In this document: piece after piece, positions 20,762-30,793 of the stretch
Layout of the letters: the number at the start of each line of letters is the position of its first letter
How positions within the stretch are numbered: the first letter of the stretch is position 1
Virus record (IMG/VR): IMGVR_UViG_3300026549_000080
Coordinates: 3,431 to 67,430 of that record
DNA from: a virus
Taxonomy: Duplodnaviria; Caudoviricetes
Length of the DNA: 64,000 nt
Reading direction: 5' to 3' (one strand)
The notes under the pieces: model-generated
Seen by the model: the letters and a program-made list of their open reading frames with translations, nothing else
Told to the model about the DNA's origin: nothing
The model's database searches: none
Made by a program: the position numbers and the translations under genes

Positions 20762-21799
20762 TTATTTATTTTTAACTCCACTTACAGAATTTAATCCATA
20801 ATTTTTAGAATCATAAAAGTCTATATAAAACGATTCTCTTTCTTTTAATTTATCTTTTTCAACTTCTTCTACAACCTCAAAAGTAAAATTTTCAACCCCA
20901 TCTTCTGCCATTACTCGATGCAATTGAGAAGAAGCTAAAGTACCTACGCCGAGGGCGCTTTTGCAGTGTTCTGCCCATCTGGTACTTATATTTACAGCTT
21001 GTCCTATATAAATCTCTCCAGTTTTTAAACGAGTAATCTTATAGACTCCACTACCTTCTATACCTGCGCGCTTTCTAAGTTCAGCAAGTGGTTTTTGGTA
21101 GTATCCAGTCCAAATTACTTTATTAATTGCTTCTGGGTGACGTAAACGTGGTGTTATAGACTTAAGAATTTCTATATCCTTTTTATCTTCTCCATTTAAT
21201 TGAATACGATAAAAATCTTGTTGTTCTTCAATTTGTTTAGCTCGTAAAATTTCTTCATTGATAGCGGCGCGCTTTCTACGTTCTACTTCTAATTTAGCTT
21301 TAATTTCTTCAATTTGATTTTTTAATACGTCCTCAGTACGTTTTAATTGTTCTTGAAGTTCAGCACTTGCTTTTTTCATAGAATTATTATGTTCTTCTAT
21401 TGCTTTAGCATTTTCTAATCGCTTACGCTGTTCGTATTCTGCGGCGGCGCTATCAATTTCTTTAATCTTTCCTTCTCTATATAAGTCAAGATCTTGATTA
21501 ACTTCTTTATATCGCTTTTCTTTTTCTTTCAAATTTTCTTCAAGAAAATCAACCTTGTCTTTAAAAGTCTTTTCCAGGTCCTCGCGCTTAATACGTAGTT
21601 TATCTTCTAAATTTTTCTCTTCATCACTCCATTCTTTTTTAAAATATTCTTTTATTTCTTTTTTCTTTAAGTTTTCTAATGTAACTTTTTCATAGGATAG
21701 TTTTTGTACACGTTTAATTTCCTTTCTATAAATAATAATTAATATTATAATAATAAGAACACTTAAAAAAAGAGAAGCAAATAGAATATTATAAATCAT
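20762..21799 (-). CDS. membrane-anchored coiled-coil protein with C-terminal GIY-YIG nuclease
   Basis: N-terminal hydrophobic helix, long K/E coiled coil, GVYKITRLKTGEIYIGQA...RW..H. Confidence 0.75.
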   Translation of the reverse strand: MIYNILFASLFLSVLIIIILIIIYRKEIKRVQKLSYEKVTLENLKKKEIKEYFKKEWSDEEKNLEDKLRIKREDLEKTFKDKVDFLEENLKEKEKRYKEVNQDLDLYREGKIKEIDSAAAEYEQRKRLENAKAIEEHNNSMKKASAELQEQLKRTEDVLKNQIEEIKAKLEVERRKRAAINEEILRAKQIEEQQDFYRIQLNGEDKKDIEILKSITPRLRHPEAINKVIWTGYYQKPLAELRKRAGIEGSGVYKITRLKTGEIYIGQAVNISTRWAEHCKSALGVGTLASSQLHRVMAEDGVENFTFEVVEEVEKDKLKERESFYIDFYDSKNYGLNSVSGVKNK

Positions 21800-21870
21800 A
21801 TTTACTCTCCTTATATATATTTTTTTCTTTTCTCTTTCTATTATAGTATATCAAATTTTCAAGCCCTTTG

Positions 21871-22272
21871 TCAAATTTTTTTAAAGCGTTGATAATCTTG
21901 GTCATTTTTCCAACGAGTATTTGCGCGGAACCGAGGTTGAAATAGATCGGCCGCGGAATACAAATGGTCGAGTTCCCAATAAGGAATTATATATAGTGGT
22001 ATATCATTGGCGAGACAATAACTTATTTTTCGTCTATCTCTTTCTTTGGCGCTTTCAAACTCTGTGCGAGTGCGATAAAATTTTTTAATAAATTGATAGT
22101 GTTGTTCTCCATTATATTCTAAAAGAGCTTTTTCATTGTATCTATAAATGTAAAAATCAAAACGATAAAGTCCTTGTTTTAAGTCGCTAAACCTTTTCTC
22201 TCTTTCAAATCTATACTGACTTTTTTGCAGTAAAGTAATAATTTTTTCTTCACTTTTGCTCATAATTCTCAC
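21871..22272 (-). CDS. DUF559/Vsr-like PD-(D/E)xK endonuclease
   Basis: RFDFY, LLEYNGEQHY, D..K..YC...IPL..IPYW. Confidence 0.7.
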   Translation of the reverse strand: MRIMSKSEEKIITLLQKSQYRFEREKRFSDLKQGLYRFDFYIYRYNEKALLEYNGEQHYQFIKKFYRTRTEFESAKERDRRKISYCLANDIPLYIIPYWELDHLYSAADLFQPRFRANTRWKNDQDYQRFKKI

Positions 22273-22363
22273 CTCTTCTAAAAAGTGGAGTTTTATTAGT
22301 TTAACTTCACTTATTAAAGAGGAGATTTATCTTATAATATGACAGTGGAGGCGTAATATAATA

Positions 22364-22813
22364 ATGGAACAATTTAGTAGTATAATTCAAGCTGGCGCGG
22401 TAGGATTATTAATTATCTTTGCTGGCATGATTAAGATTCCTCCTATACAGCTTAATTTTTGGGGCTGGTTAGGAAAAATAGTAGGGAGATCTATAAATGG
22501 AGAAGTGTTAGAAAGGGTCAATAAATTGACCGCTGATTTTGAAGAACTTAAAGAAAGAGAAGAATTAAATGAAGCTAAAAGAGCAAGACAGCACGTGTTG
22601 CGTTTTAATGATGAGATTCTTTGCAATCAAAGACATACAAAGGAACACTTCGATGAAATTTTAGAAGATATAGATATATATGAAAAATATTGTAATCAAC
22701 ATGAAGACTATGAAAATAATCGAGCTGAGTTAGCAATTAGTACAATAGAAGAAGTCTATAAAGAATGTTTACAAACGCATGATTTTTTAACTCAGACTCG
22801 AAAAAAAGATTAG
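22364..22813 (+). CDS. membrane protein heading the late tail operon
   Basis: N-terminal hydrophobic segment, coiled coil; preceded by putative late promoter motif. Confidence 0.6.
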   Translation: MEQFSSIIQAGAVGLLIIFAGMIKIPPIQLNFWGWLGKIVGRSINGEVLERVNKLTADFEELKEREELNEAKRARQHVLRFNDEILCNQRHTKEHFDEILEDIDIYEKYCNQHEDYENNRAELAISTIEEVYKECLQTHDFLTQTRKKD

Positions 22814-22841
22814 GAAGATAAGGAGTTAAAGGAGGAAACGT

Positions 22842-24194
22842 ATGGCATCTAAAGTATATCATGGTACTTGTGCTACTACAGCAGCTACTCAAGTTAAAGT
22901 AGTAAAAATTAATAATGAGCAGGTTTTACAAGAGAATTTCAGCTTTGAAATTGGAGATTTGTTAGTAGTATATTTTCAGTATACCAACGAAGCAGAAAAT
23001 CCTCGTATTGCTATATATAATGATGATACCGATCAAGAGGTTAGCACTAGTAATGACAATGGAAAAGCTATTAAAACAAAAAGTGTAGAAGCAGATGCTA
23101 TTGTTGGTGCCTGGGACAATGGAGAAACAGTAATTTTTGCTTATACTGCAAATATTAATAATGATAATAATTATTATTGGGAATTAATTAATGGCGCGCC
23201 ATCAACAACAAGTATATATGGGGTAACCAAGCTGTTTGGAACTAACAGTACAATTATTTCTGACTGGTTACATAGCGAGTTAACAGAAGAAGATTTTAAA
23301 ACTTCTTTAACTCCAGGAATATTAAAGAAATTTTATAATTTATTAATTAGTGATGAAGAAGAGGGTGGATTAACACCCACAATAAAGTTAACGTGGTTTC
23401 CTAGTATAGATACTGGAACCATGGAAGAATTGGGAACTTTATCTTTAACAACCTCAAAGGAAGATGGGATTAAGATAAATTTTCCATTAACAGAATTTAT
23501 TAAGAATAAACTGCATACTTCTGATCTAACCAATGATGGTGAATATGCTGGAGATGGATATAAATTTATTTCAAATGCTACTACAAAAGGAACGAGCTTT
23601 TATTATAAAGATGGTTCAGATGTTTTTAGATATATGAGTCCTTATAATGATAATGGGCAGTTTTCAATAAGAGCTAAAAGTAGTCTTTGGTTAGGCGGTC
23701 TTGGAGAAGAGGGAGAATTTAGAGGAACATATATAGATGGAATAAGAAATACAGCGGGCGAAATGACAGGAAAAGGATTGCTTACTGTATATGGAGACAT
23801 TGTAACAAAAGAAGTAGCTGGTAGCAAAGGAACTATTACATCAGCAGGAAACATTAAAGAAAATGGTAGTTGGTTAAAAGATAAATATAGTGCAAAGTTA
23901 GTTGTTGAATCAAGGATTTGTAAAGGTATTAGTATTGCAAAAAATTCTTCTACTACTCATTTATATGTAGGTAAAAAAGCATTGGCCAAAGATGGTTATA
24001 AACCTATTGGTATAGTTGGTTTTAATTTAGATTATAATCGTAGCAATTATAAAAATGATGCAACAGGATGTTTCCTATGGGAATGTCATTTAGTAAATGG
24101 AGGTACTGAAATACAATATGCAATTCGTAATACTAAAAATGTAAATGTTGTAATTAACGCTACTTTTAAGGTATTATATGTAAAAGATATATAA
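22842..24194 (+). CDS. tail/baseplate-associated structural protein
   Basis: YHGTCATTAATQVKVV start typical of phage tail proteins; in tail operon. Confidence 0.5.
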   Translation: MASKVYHGTCATTAATQVKVVKINNEQVLQENFSFEIGDLLVVYFQYTNEAENPRIAIYNDDTDQEVSTSNDNGKAIKTKSVEADAIVGAWDNGETVIFAYTANINNDNNYYWELINGAPSTTSIYGVTKLFGTNSTIISDWLHSELTEEDFKTSLTPGILKKFYNLLISDEEEGGLTPTIKLTWFPSIDTGTMEELGTLSLTTSKEDGIKINFPLTEFIKNKLHTSDLTNDGEYAGDGYKFISNATTKGTSFYYKDGSDVFRYMSPYNDNGQFSIRAKSSLWLGGLGEEGEFRGTYIDGIRNTAGEMTGKGLLTVYGDIVTKEVAGSKGTITSAGNIKENGSWLKDKYSAKLVVESRICKGISIAKNSSTTHLYVGKKALAKDGYKPIGIVGFNLDYNRSNYKNDATGCFLWECHLVNGGTEIQYAIRNTKNVNVVINATFKVLYVKDI

Positions 24195-24211
24195 TTAGGA
24201 GATTAACGGAG

Positions 24212-25351
24212 ATGAAAGGAGATTTTACTGGTTTTAGTTTTGACGGTATTCATTGTTCCACTCTTAATCTTGTAAGAGTCGCCAATGGAGATAGATATGA
24301 TGAAGAGCTTTTTCCAGAAATTGAAGACAAAACAAACGAAATAGTTGGTGGAGACGGTGAAAACTATTATGAAAGTAGTTTTAGAACAAAAACTTTTTCT
24401 TTATCAGTAGCTTTTGATTCAGTAACAGAAACTCAATTTAGAATGATTCGCAAAATATTTGGTACAAAGAAAATTTGTGAATTAATTTTTGATGAACGGC
24501 CGTATAAAGTTTATTCAGTTAAACTTGCTAAGCCAATTGAGTTGAATTACATCTGTTTTGATGAGCATAAGCGTCATGAAGGTGACACAATTGAAGGCGG
24601 TGGAATACGTTATATAGATAAAGAGGGTGAAAGAGTTAAAGAAGATATTACACCATGGGTATACGAATATGATGAGAGCGGCCGCCCGATAACAGAGCGC
24701 ATATATAAAGGAGAAGGTACGATTGAGTTTGTAGCTTATTATCCATTCGCGCGCCAGTTATATAAAGTGTTAGATTTATATGAAGACAGTGAAAAGTTCA
24801 TTACTACTTATGATAATGTTGACGAGTGGGCTGATTCGAGCAGGTTGCTTACACAAGATACTTTTAATAGGTATAATATAGATAAAACAATAAAAACAAC
24901 TACTTCTGGACAATATAACTTAGAAATTCCGGTATATAATCCAGGAGATTTAAATGTTGGATTTTATTTATATATTCCTTTTGTTAATAATACTATTAAA
25001 CCAAATACTGGGGATTATGTAGTGGTTTATGGCGATGAAAACGGATTGATTTTAGATACCATAAATAAAAAAGGAGAAGATACAGGAATTATTATTAATA
25101 CTGTTAATCATTTAATTGAAGGTGTAAGATATGATCCACTAGTTGAAAGGATTGATTTTAGAAATAAAACTTGGGAAATTACACATAATATATATAATGA
25201 ACATATAAAAAAGGGAGATTTTCCTAAAATATTAAGAAGTGATCTATTTTTAGATGACTCTCAATATAAACAAGCGGTTTATTTAAATTGTTTAGTGAAT
25301 GAAGGAGATGAAAAATTAATACAAATAAACTATGATTATTTGTATTTTTAG
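24212..25351 (+). CDS. distal tail (Dit)-like protein
   Basis: DFTGFSFDG, LIFDERPYKVY motifs; precedes the large Tal-like gene. Confidence 0.65.
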   Translation: MKGDFTGFSFDGIHCSTLNLVRVANGDRYDEELFPEIEDKTNEIVGGDGENYYESSFRTKTFSLSVAFDSVTETQFRMIRKIFGTKKICELIFDERPYKVYSVKLAKPIELNYICFDEHKRHEGDTIEGGGIRYIDKEGERVKEDITPWVYEYDESGRPITERIYKGEGTIEFVAYYPFARQLYKVLDLYEDSEKFITTYDNVDEWADSSRLLTQDTFNRYNIDKTIKTTTSGQYNLEIPVYNPGDLNVGFYLYIPFVNNTIKPNTGDYVVVYGDENGLILDTINKKGEDTGIIINTVNHLIEGVRYDPLVERIDFRNKTWEITHNIYNEHIKKGDFPKILRSDLFLDDSQYKQAVYLNCLVNEGDEKLIQINYDYLYF

Positions 25352-25366
25352 GAGGAAGAAGGAGTA

Positions 25367-28300
25367 ATGAGTGAGGCAATTAGAAAACCATATGAACTTT
25401 CTGTATGGACTGAAGCTTTAGAAGCTTCACCTAGTGATACAAGTCAAACTTATTATAAAGAGAAGAAAATAGCCGTAATTGGTTCAGATAAAATGACTTC
25501 TCCAAATCGTGCTTTTAATTTAGTTTTATTGGAAAAAGTAAACGGAGAGAAAAATTTAACATTTAATCTGCGACAAAAATATTATGATCCTGTTTTTAAT
25601 CGCGAAGTAGAAAATCCATTTACTAAGCTTTTAGTCAACGAAGGTAAAATTAAGTTATATTTTAATGATACTTGGTATGATTTTGTAATAAAAGAAAGTG
25701 AAGAAACATCTGAAGAATATGTTTTTTCTTATACGGCAGAAGATCTTTTTGCCTTAGAGTTGGGTAAAGTTGGTTATAATATTACTTTTAATAAAGAATT
25801 AAATAATAATCAAGGTACTATAACTGAGTTAGCTGAAAAAACATTAGAGTATACTGATTGGACAGTAGATAAAAATGATTCAGATTTACTTAAACAAAAA
25901 ATTAAAGAGCCGCTATATGAGTGTGTTGTTACTCAGGTAGCGGCTAATTTGCGTATTTTAAATGTAGATACAAATGAAGAACTAGAAGAAGGTGATTTAG
26001 AAGTAGGTGAAACTATTTATATTTTTTACAGTTATATAAATGGAAAAAGAAATAAATTTATTCAATTTATTCGAGAAAAAGACAGCGATAAATTTGAATA
26101 TGATAGTGAAAAAATAATAACAGCTACTAATTATCGAATTATTTCTGATGTAACTTTTGAAGAGGTAGAAGAAGAACCAGTAGCAATAAAATTGGGTGAC
26201 ACAGAAATTATTTCTATAGGAGAAATATATTCAAAAAACCAAGCATATCGACTTGTATACGATCAGTTGACCACATTAGACCCAGTAATGCAAAAAACTG
26301 TAAAGATATATAGAATAGATTATGATGATGGTATTTCTCAAGATATATATAGTTATACAGATTATCAATATATAACCTCTAATGTAGTTACTTCTTTTAT
26401 AACAATGGGAACAGATTTTTCTATCTTAGATAACGGAGATATACAGGGTTGGAGCGCGGCAGTACCTTCTTCTAAAAAACAAGATTCAAAAAGTGTATTA
26501 TCCCCATTAAGTATTGCAACATACCCTAAAATACAAGATTTAACAGATTTAAGTAGAATAAGTAACTTTGCCACAATAAAAAGTTATTTAGAGATAAAAT
26601 TTGCAGCAGCATATAATAGAGCCAATAGGACAGATGCTTATTTTAATAGTGGTATAATGGACAATGCTTCTATTCTAAATCATATAGCTGCTGGAGAAAA
26701 ATTTGTTCTTCGTTTAAAATACGGTTATGCAGATAGTCAACATGGCACTATTAAAGCATATACTGCTACCGCAGCAAAAAAGGGATTGCGCGCGTTGGTA
26801 GCAAAATATAATCAAAAAGAAATAACTTTTATAAATTCTGATGGAGACGCAGAGACTCTCTATGGATATGAAATTGTTTCTGGTTCAGCTATTTTAGATT
26901 TTACTTCAACTTTTAGTAAGCTAAATAGTTATGTAGAAGGTGGTACATTTAATTCTGATAAGACTACATATACAATAGATAATATTGTTCAGACTCCGTC
27001 TACTAAATATTGTTATAAACAAGAAGGTGATAATACTGAATACATATGGGACGTTGAAAGCAATAAGTATGTAGAAAAAACAAGCAGTTTTTTAGATTAC
27101 TATGTAACAACAGCAGTAGCTAAGACATCTTTTTCTTCTGATATGTTATCAGATCCTAATACTAATATAGGATTATTTTTATACACAGAAGATAGTGCTT
27201 TAGTAAATAAATATATTTATGTAGAAGATATTCAGCTTACTAGATATTATATTGATAATAATGATAAAATAGTTACTATTGGTAATATACCAGAATCTAA
27301 GTCAATAGAAACTCAATATTATTATTTAAAACCAGATACGAAATTAAAAAGTGAATCAGTTAATGTATATAGTGATTTAGATTATCTTGCTTCAGAAGTT
27401 GGTATTGATAGTAAAAAAATCTATCCTGTTTATAATGAAAATTGCGAAAAAATATTATCAATTGAGGAAGCACAATCAAATTGTTTTAATATATTACAAA
27501 GTTTATGTGAAACTTTTGAATGTTGGTTAAAATTCAACGTGGCGCGTAACGAAGACGGTTCTTTAAAATTAGATTACCATGGTAAACCTATTAAGAAGGT
27601 TTCTTTTAAAGAATATGTTGGAAAAGATAATTTTGCTGGGTTTAAATACGGAATAAATTTAAATTCTATCAAAAGAACAATTGATAGTAATGAATTTGTT
27701 ACAAAATTAATTGTTGAAAATGTAACTAATGATAGTATAGATGAAGGATATTTAAGTATACAAGATGCTGTATCAAATTATAGTAAAGAAGCATATATTT
27801 TAAATTTTTCTCATTACTTAAATACAAAATTAATTCCAGATGAAGAATCTTGTAATGAAGATTTACAGAAGTTTTACGATGAAGTAAGAAAATTAAATAT
27901 AAAAATCTTTGAAGCTCAAAAGAAAAAGGTAAAATTAGATGAGGCTTTAATAGAAAACAGGTCTAATATTACTACTTTAGAAAGCTTAGTTGAAGAGGCT
28001 AAGTCAACTTATACAGAAGCTTTAACAACTTTTAAAAAGTCTACAGGAATGTCTTATAAAACATATGTAGATAAAAGTAAGACTGACCATAGTAGCGTAA
28101 CTGATTTACTTGAAATAGATAGTGTTGTAGATATTATTGCGGATATTTATACAGCCTCTGTAACAATTGATAATTACTCTGGTATTGTAAGTAATTTAAA
28201 AAAGGAGTATAAAAATTTACAATTACAAGGTTATGGCGCAAAAGAATATGGTATTACTATTACAACCATGCCAGACCCAACAAATAACAATGCTTACACT

Positions 28301-30790
28301 ACTCAACTAACCATTGATGATTATATAGATGGATTAGATTTTACTCTTTATAATAATGCAACACCAGTATATAAAGAAGATTTTATTAGTACATTGAATG
28401 AACGAGTTTTTACTGCAACCGTTGATAGCAGAAATCCTTTTGTTCGCTGTGTTTTAAATAGATTGCCAAGTGGTTATGAATTAGAATATTATGACGATGG
28501 AATATCTCATAAAATTAATTCAACAAGATATATAGATTTAAAAATTTATGATCCATCAAAAGCTGGTTCTGCAATTAAAAAGTATAAATTAGTTCCATCG
28601 TCTTCAACTGTAAAAAAGTATCCAAATTTAGATAAAATAATAGAAGATTCTACGCAGGCTAAAAAAGATTTAGAAAAAGCTTTTTATCAAAAATATAGCC
28701 GCTTTATTCAAGAAGGAACATGGACTTCAAATGATCATATAGATTCAAATTTATATTATTTGGATGCTTTACAAGTCAGCAGGACGTCTGCACAACCTAA
28801 GGTTACTTATGATATAGAAGTAAGTGAAATTAGTGAATTAAAAGATTATGGAAATTATTATTTCAATATTGGAGATCATACATATATAGAAGACATAAAT
28901 TTCTTTGGATATGAAACTACAACCGAAGGAGATGGAAAAACTTATACCACTCCGATACAAGAAGAGGTTGTTATATCTGAAATTAGTTGGCATTTAGATG
29001 AGCCAGATAAAAATACTGTGACTGTTCAAAACTATAAAACGCAGTTTGAAGATTTATTTCAACGTATAAGCGCGACAGTTCAAACGGTACAATACAACGA
29101 GAAAACATATCCAAAAACTTCTGCAATTTTAGAAAGGAATGGATTGATTAATCAAGATTTATTATTACAGTCTTGGAATAATACTGATAGAGATGGCTAT
29201 CAATTAACTAACAATGGAGCTGTCAAAACCGATTCTACTGGTATACTTATTCAAGATTTGACAAAAGCTTCTAATTTAGTTAAAATAAATAGTAGGGGAA
29301 TAGATATTTCTTCAGATGGCGGCGATGAATGGGTTAATGTGCTAAATGGCAAAGGAGTTAATGCTGATACATTAAATACTGGTACAATCAATACTCAAAA
29401 TATTTGGTTAATGGATGGTAAAAATCCTAGCTTTAGATGGGATAAATCTGGAATTAGTGCATATGGCTTTAATGAAAACCAAGAAGAAGAAGAGCTTTAT
29501 GATTTTGGAACGTATGTAAGACTTGATAAGTATGGATTATATGGTGTAAAAGATGGAGAAAGTTATATAGCCACATCTTTAGATAATGTTAAAGAAAAAG
29601 CTAGTTTTGGATTAACTTGGGATGGTTTTTTTATAAAAAATTCTTACACGAATGGTTATGTGTCTATTAGTTCTACGGATGATTTCCAGATAGTAACTTC
29701 TGATATGACTCAAGACTTGCCAATGGCAATAGAAATTGTAGAGTTTGATAGCGGACCATACATAGAAGATCCAGAAGATACCTCACCAATTAGAATTTCG
29801 CTGCCGCGCGAGGATGCAAAGGTCGTAAAAGTTTTAAATGAGGATGGAAGTCAGCTTGAAGATTATTCTGTTGAAAATGGTATTATTTCTTCTGAATATT
29901 TTGAATATAATAGAGTATATACTATTCAATATTTTTTACCACTTAACTTTATAGATTTAAGTAACTACGATGGTATTGTAGGGGTTAATGATGTTTTAGT
30001 TAATGGAATTGAATATACAAACTATTCTTTTAATAAGAAAAATAATCTCTTAACTTTTGACGAAGAGTTGTCTTCTGGGGATATAGTAACTATTAACTAT
30101 GAAGTAGAGCGCATTAAAATTGGTGCTACAGAATTTACGAGTGGAATTCCATCTAAATATGGTATTGAAATTAGAAATGCTTTAGGTGAAACTGTTTTTG
30201 AATCAAATGATGAAGGAAACTTAACAATAACTGGCACTATTAATGCAACAGACGGAGTATTTAATGGAACTGTTTATGCTCAAGATGGTGAGTTTACTGG
30301 ACACATACAAGCAACCTCTGGTGATTTTCCAGGAAGGGTTACTGTTGGTGGAGAAAATAGTAACTATATAACAATTAACGGAGAAGAAAAGATACCCTTT
30401 ATAGCATCAAGAGATTATATTGAAAATGAACAACAAGGTTGGGTCATTAACGGAGATGGCAATGCAATTTTTAACAACGTTGGAGTGCGCGGAGCTATTA
30501 AAACTTCTGTCTTTGAAAAGGGTGAAATACAAACCGTAGGTGGAGCTTTTCTTTTTAGACCAAGTGATACTATAGAAAAAGCAGAGTTAAGAGAAAATGG
30601 AAGTGAAACAGATTTAGTTTTAACTATGAAGCAAGGCGGCCAATTTAATAAGGGTGATCTATGTAAATTAGGCGAAGCGGAGAATTTAGAAGGTGGATTA
30701 CAAGCTATTTATGAGGTTAGTGAAGTTTTCGATGAAGGAAAAATTATTGTTTTAAAGGGTGCAGGAGAAATTTTTAAAAGCGGGAGCTAA
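25367..30790 (+). CDS. large tail-tip / Tal-like host-specificity protein (1807 aa)
   Basis: Follows Dit; GINLNSIKRTIDS, YDIEVSEI, GVNADTLNTGTINT, INATDGVFNGTVYA beta-helix. Confidence 0.7.
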   Translation: MSEAIRKPYELSVWTEALEASPSDTSQTYYKEKKIAVIGSDKMTSPNRAFNLVLLEKVNGEKNLTFNLRQKYYDPVFNREVENPFTKLLVNEGKIKLYFNDTWYDFVIKESEETSEEYVFSYTAEDLFALELGKVGYNITFNKELNNNQGTITELAEKTLEYTDWTVDKNDSDLLKQKIKEPLYECVVTQVAANLRILNVDTNEELEEGDLEVGETIYIFYSYINGKRNKFIQFIREKDSDKFEYDSEKIITATNYRIISDVTFEEVEEEPVAIKLGDTEIISIGEIYSKNQAYRLVYDQLTTLDPVMQKTVKIYRIDYDDGISQDIYSYTDYQYITSNVVTSFITMGTDFSILDNGDIQGWSAAVPSSKKQDSKSVLSPLSIATYPKIQDLTDLSRISNFATIKSYLEIKFAAAYNRANRTDAYFNSGIMDNASILNHIAAGEKFVLRLKYGYADSQHGTIKAYTATAAKKGLRALVAKYNQKEITFINSDGDAETLYGYEIVSGSAILDFTSTFSKLNSYVEGGTFNSDKTTYTIDNIVQTPSTKYCYKQEGDNTEYIWDVESNKYVEKTSSFLDYYVTTAVAKTSFSSDMLSDPNTNIGLFLYTEDSALVNKYIYVEDIQLTRYYIDNNDKIVTIGNIPESKSIETQYYYLKPDTKLKSESVNVYSDLDYLASEVGIDSKKIYPVYNENCEKILSIEEAQSNCFNILQSLCETFECWLKFNVARNEDGSLKLDYHGKPIKKVSFKEYVGKDNFAGFKYGINLNSIKRTIDSNEFVTKLIVENVTNDSIDEGYLSIQDAVSNYSKEAYILNFSHYLNTKLIPDEESCNEDLQKFYDEVRKLNIKIFEAQKKKVKLDEALIENRSNITTLESLVEEAKSTYTEALTTFKKSTGMSYKTYVDKSKTDHSSVTDLLEIDSVVDIIADIYTASVTIDNYSGIVSNLKKEYKNLQLQGYGAKEYGITITTMPDPTNNNAYTTQLTIDDYIDGLDFTLYNNATPVYKEDFISTLNERVFTATVDSRNPFVRCVLNRLPSGYELEYYDDGISHKINSTRYIDLKIYDPSKAGSAIKKYKLVPSSSTVKKYPNLDKIIEDSTQAKKDLEKAFYQKYSRFIQEGTWTSNDHIDSNLYYLDALQVSRTSAQPKVTYDIEVSEISELKDYGNYYFNIGDHTYIEDINFFGYETTTEGDGKTYTTPIQEEVVISEISWHLDEPDKNTVTVQNYKTQFEDLFQRISATVQTVQYNEKTYPKTSAILERNGLINQDLLLQSWNNTDRDGYQLTNNGAVKTDSTGILIQDLTKASNLVKINSRGIDISSDGGDEWVNVLNGKGVNADTLNTGTINTQNIWLMDGKNPSFRWDKSGISAYGFNENQEEEELYDFGTYVRLDKYGLYGVKDGESYIATSLDNVKEKASFGLTWDGFFIKNSYTNGYVSISSTDDFQIVTSDMTQDLPMAIEIVEFDSGPYIEDPEDTSPIRISLPREDAKVVKVLNEDGSQLEDYSVENGIISSEYFEYNRVYTIQYFLPLNFIDLSNYDGIVGVNDVLVNGIEYTNYSFNKKNNLLTFDEELSSGDIVTINYEVERIKIGATEFTSGIPSKYGIEIRNALGETVFESNDEGNLTITGTINATDGVFNGTVYAQDGEFTGHIQATSGDFPGRVTVGGENSNYITINGEEKIPFIASRDYIENEQQGWVINGDGNAIFNNVGVRGAIKTSVFEKGEIQTVGGAFLFRPSDTIEKAELRENGSETDLVLTMKQGGQFNKGDLCKLGEAENLEGGLQAIYEVSEVFDEGKIIVLKGAGEIFKSGS

Positions 30791-30793
30791 AAA

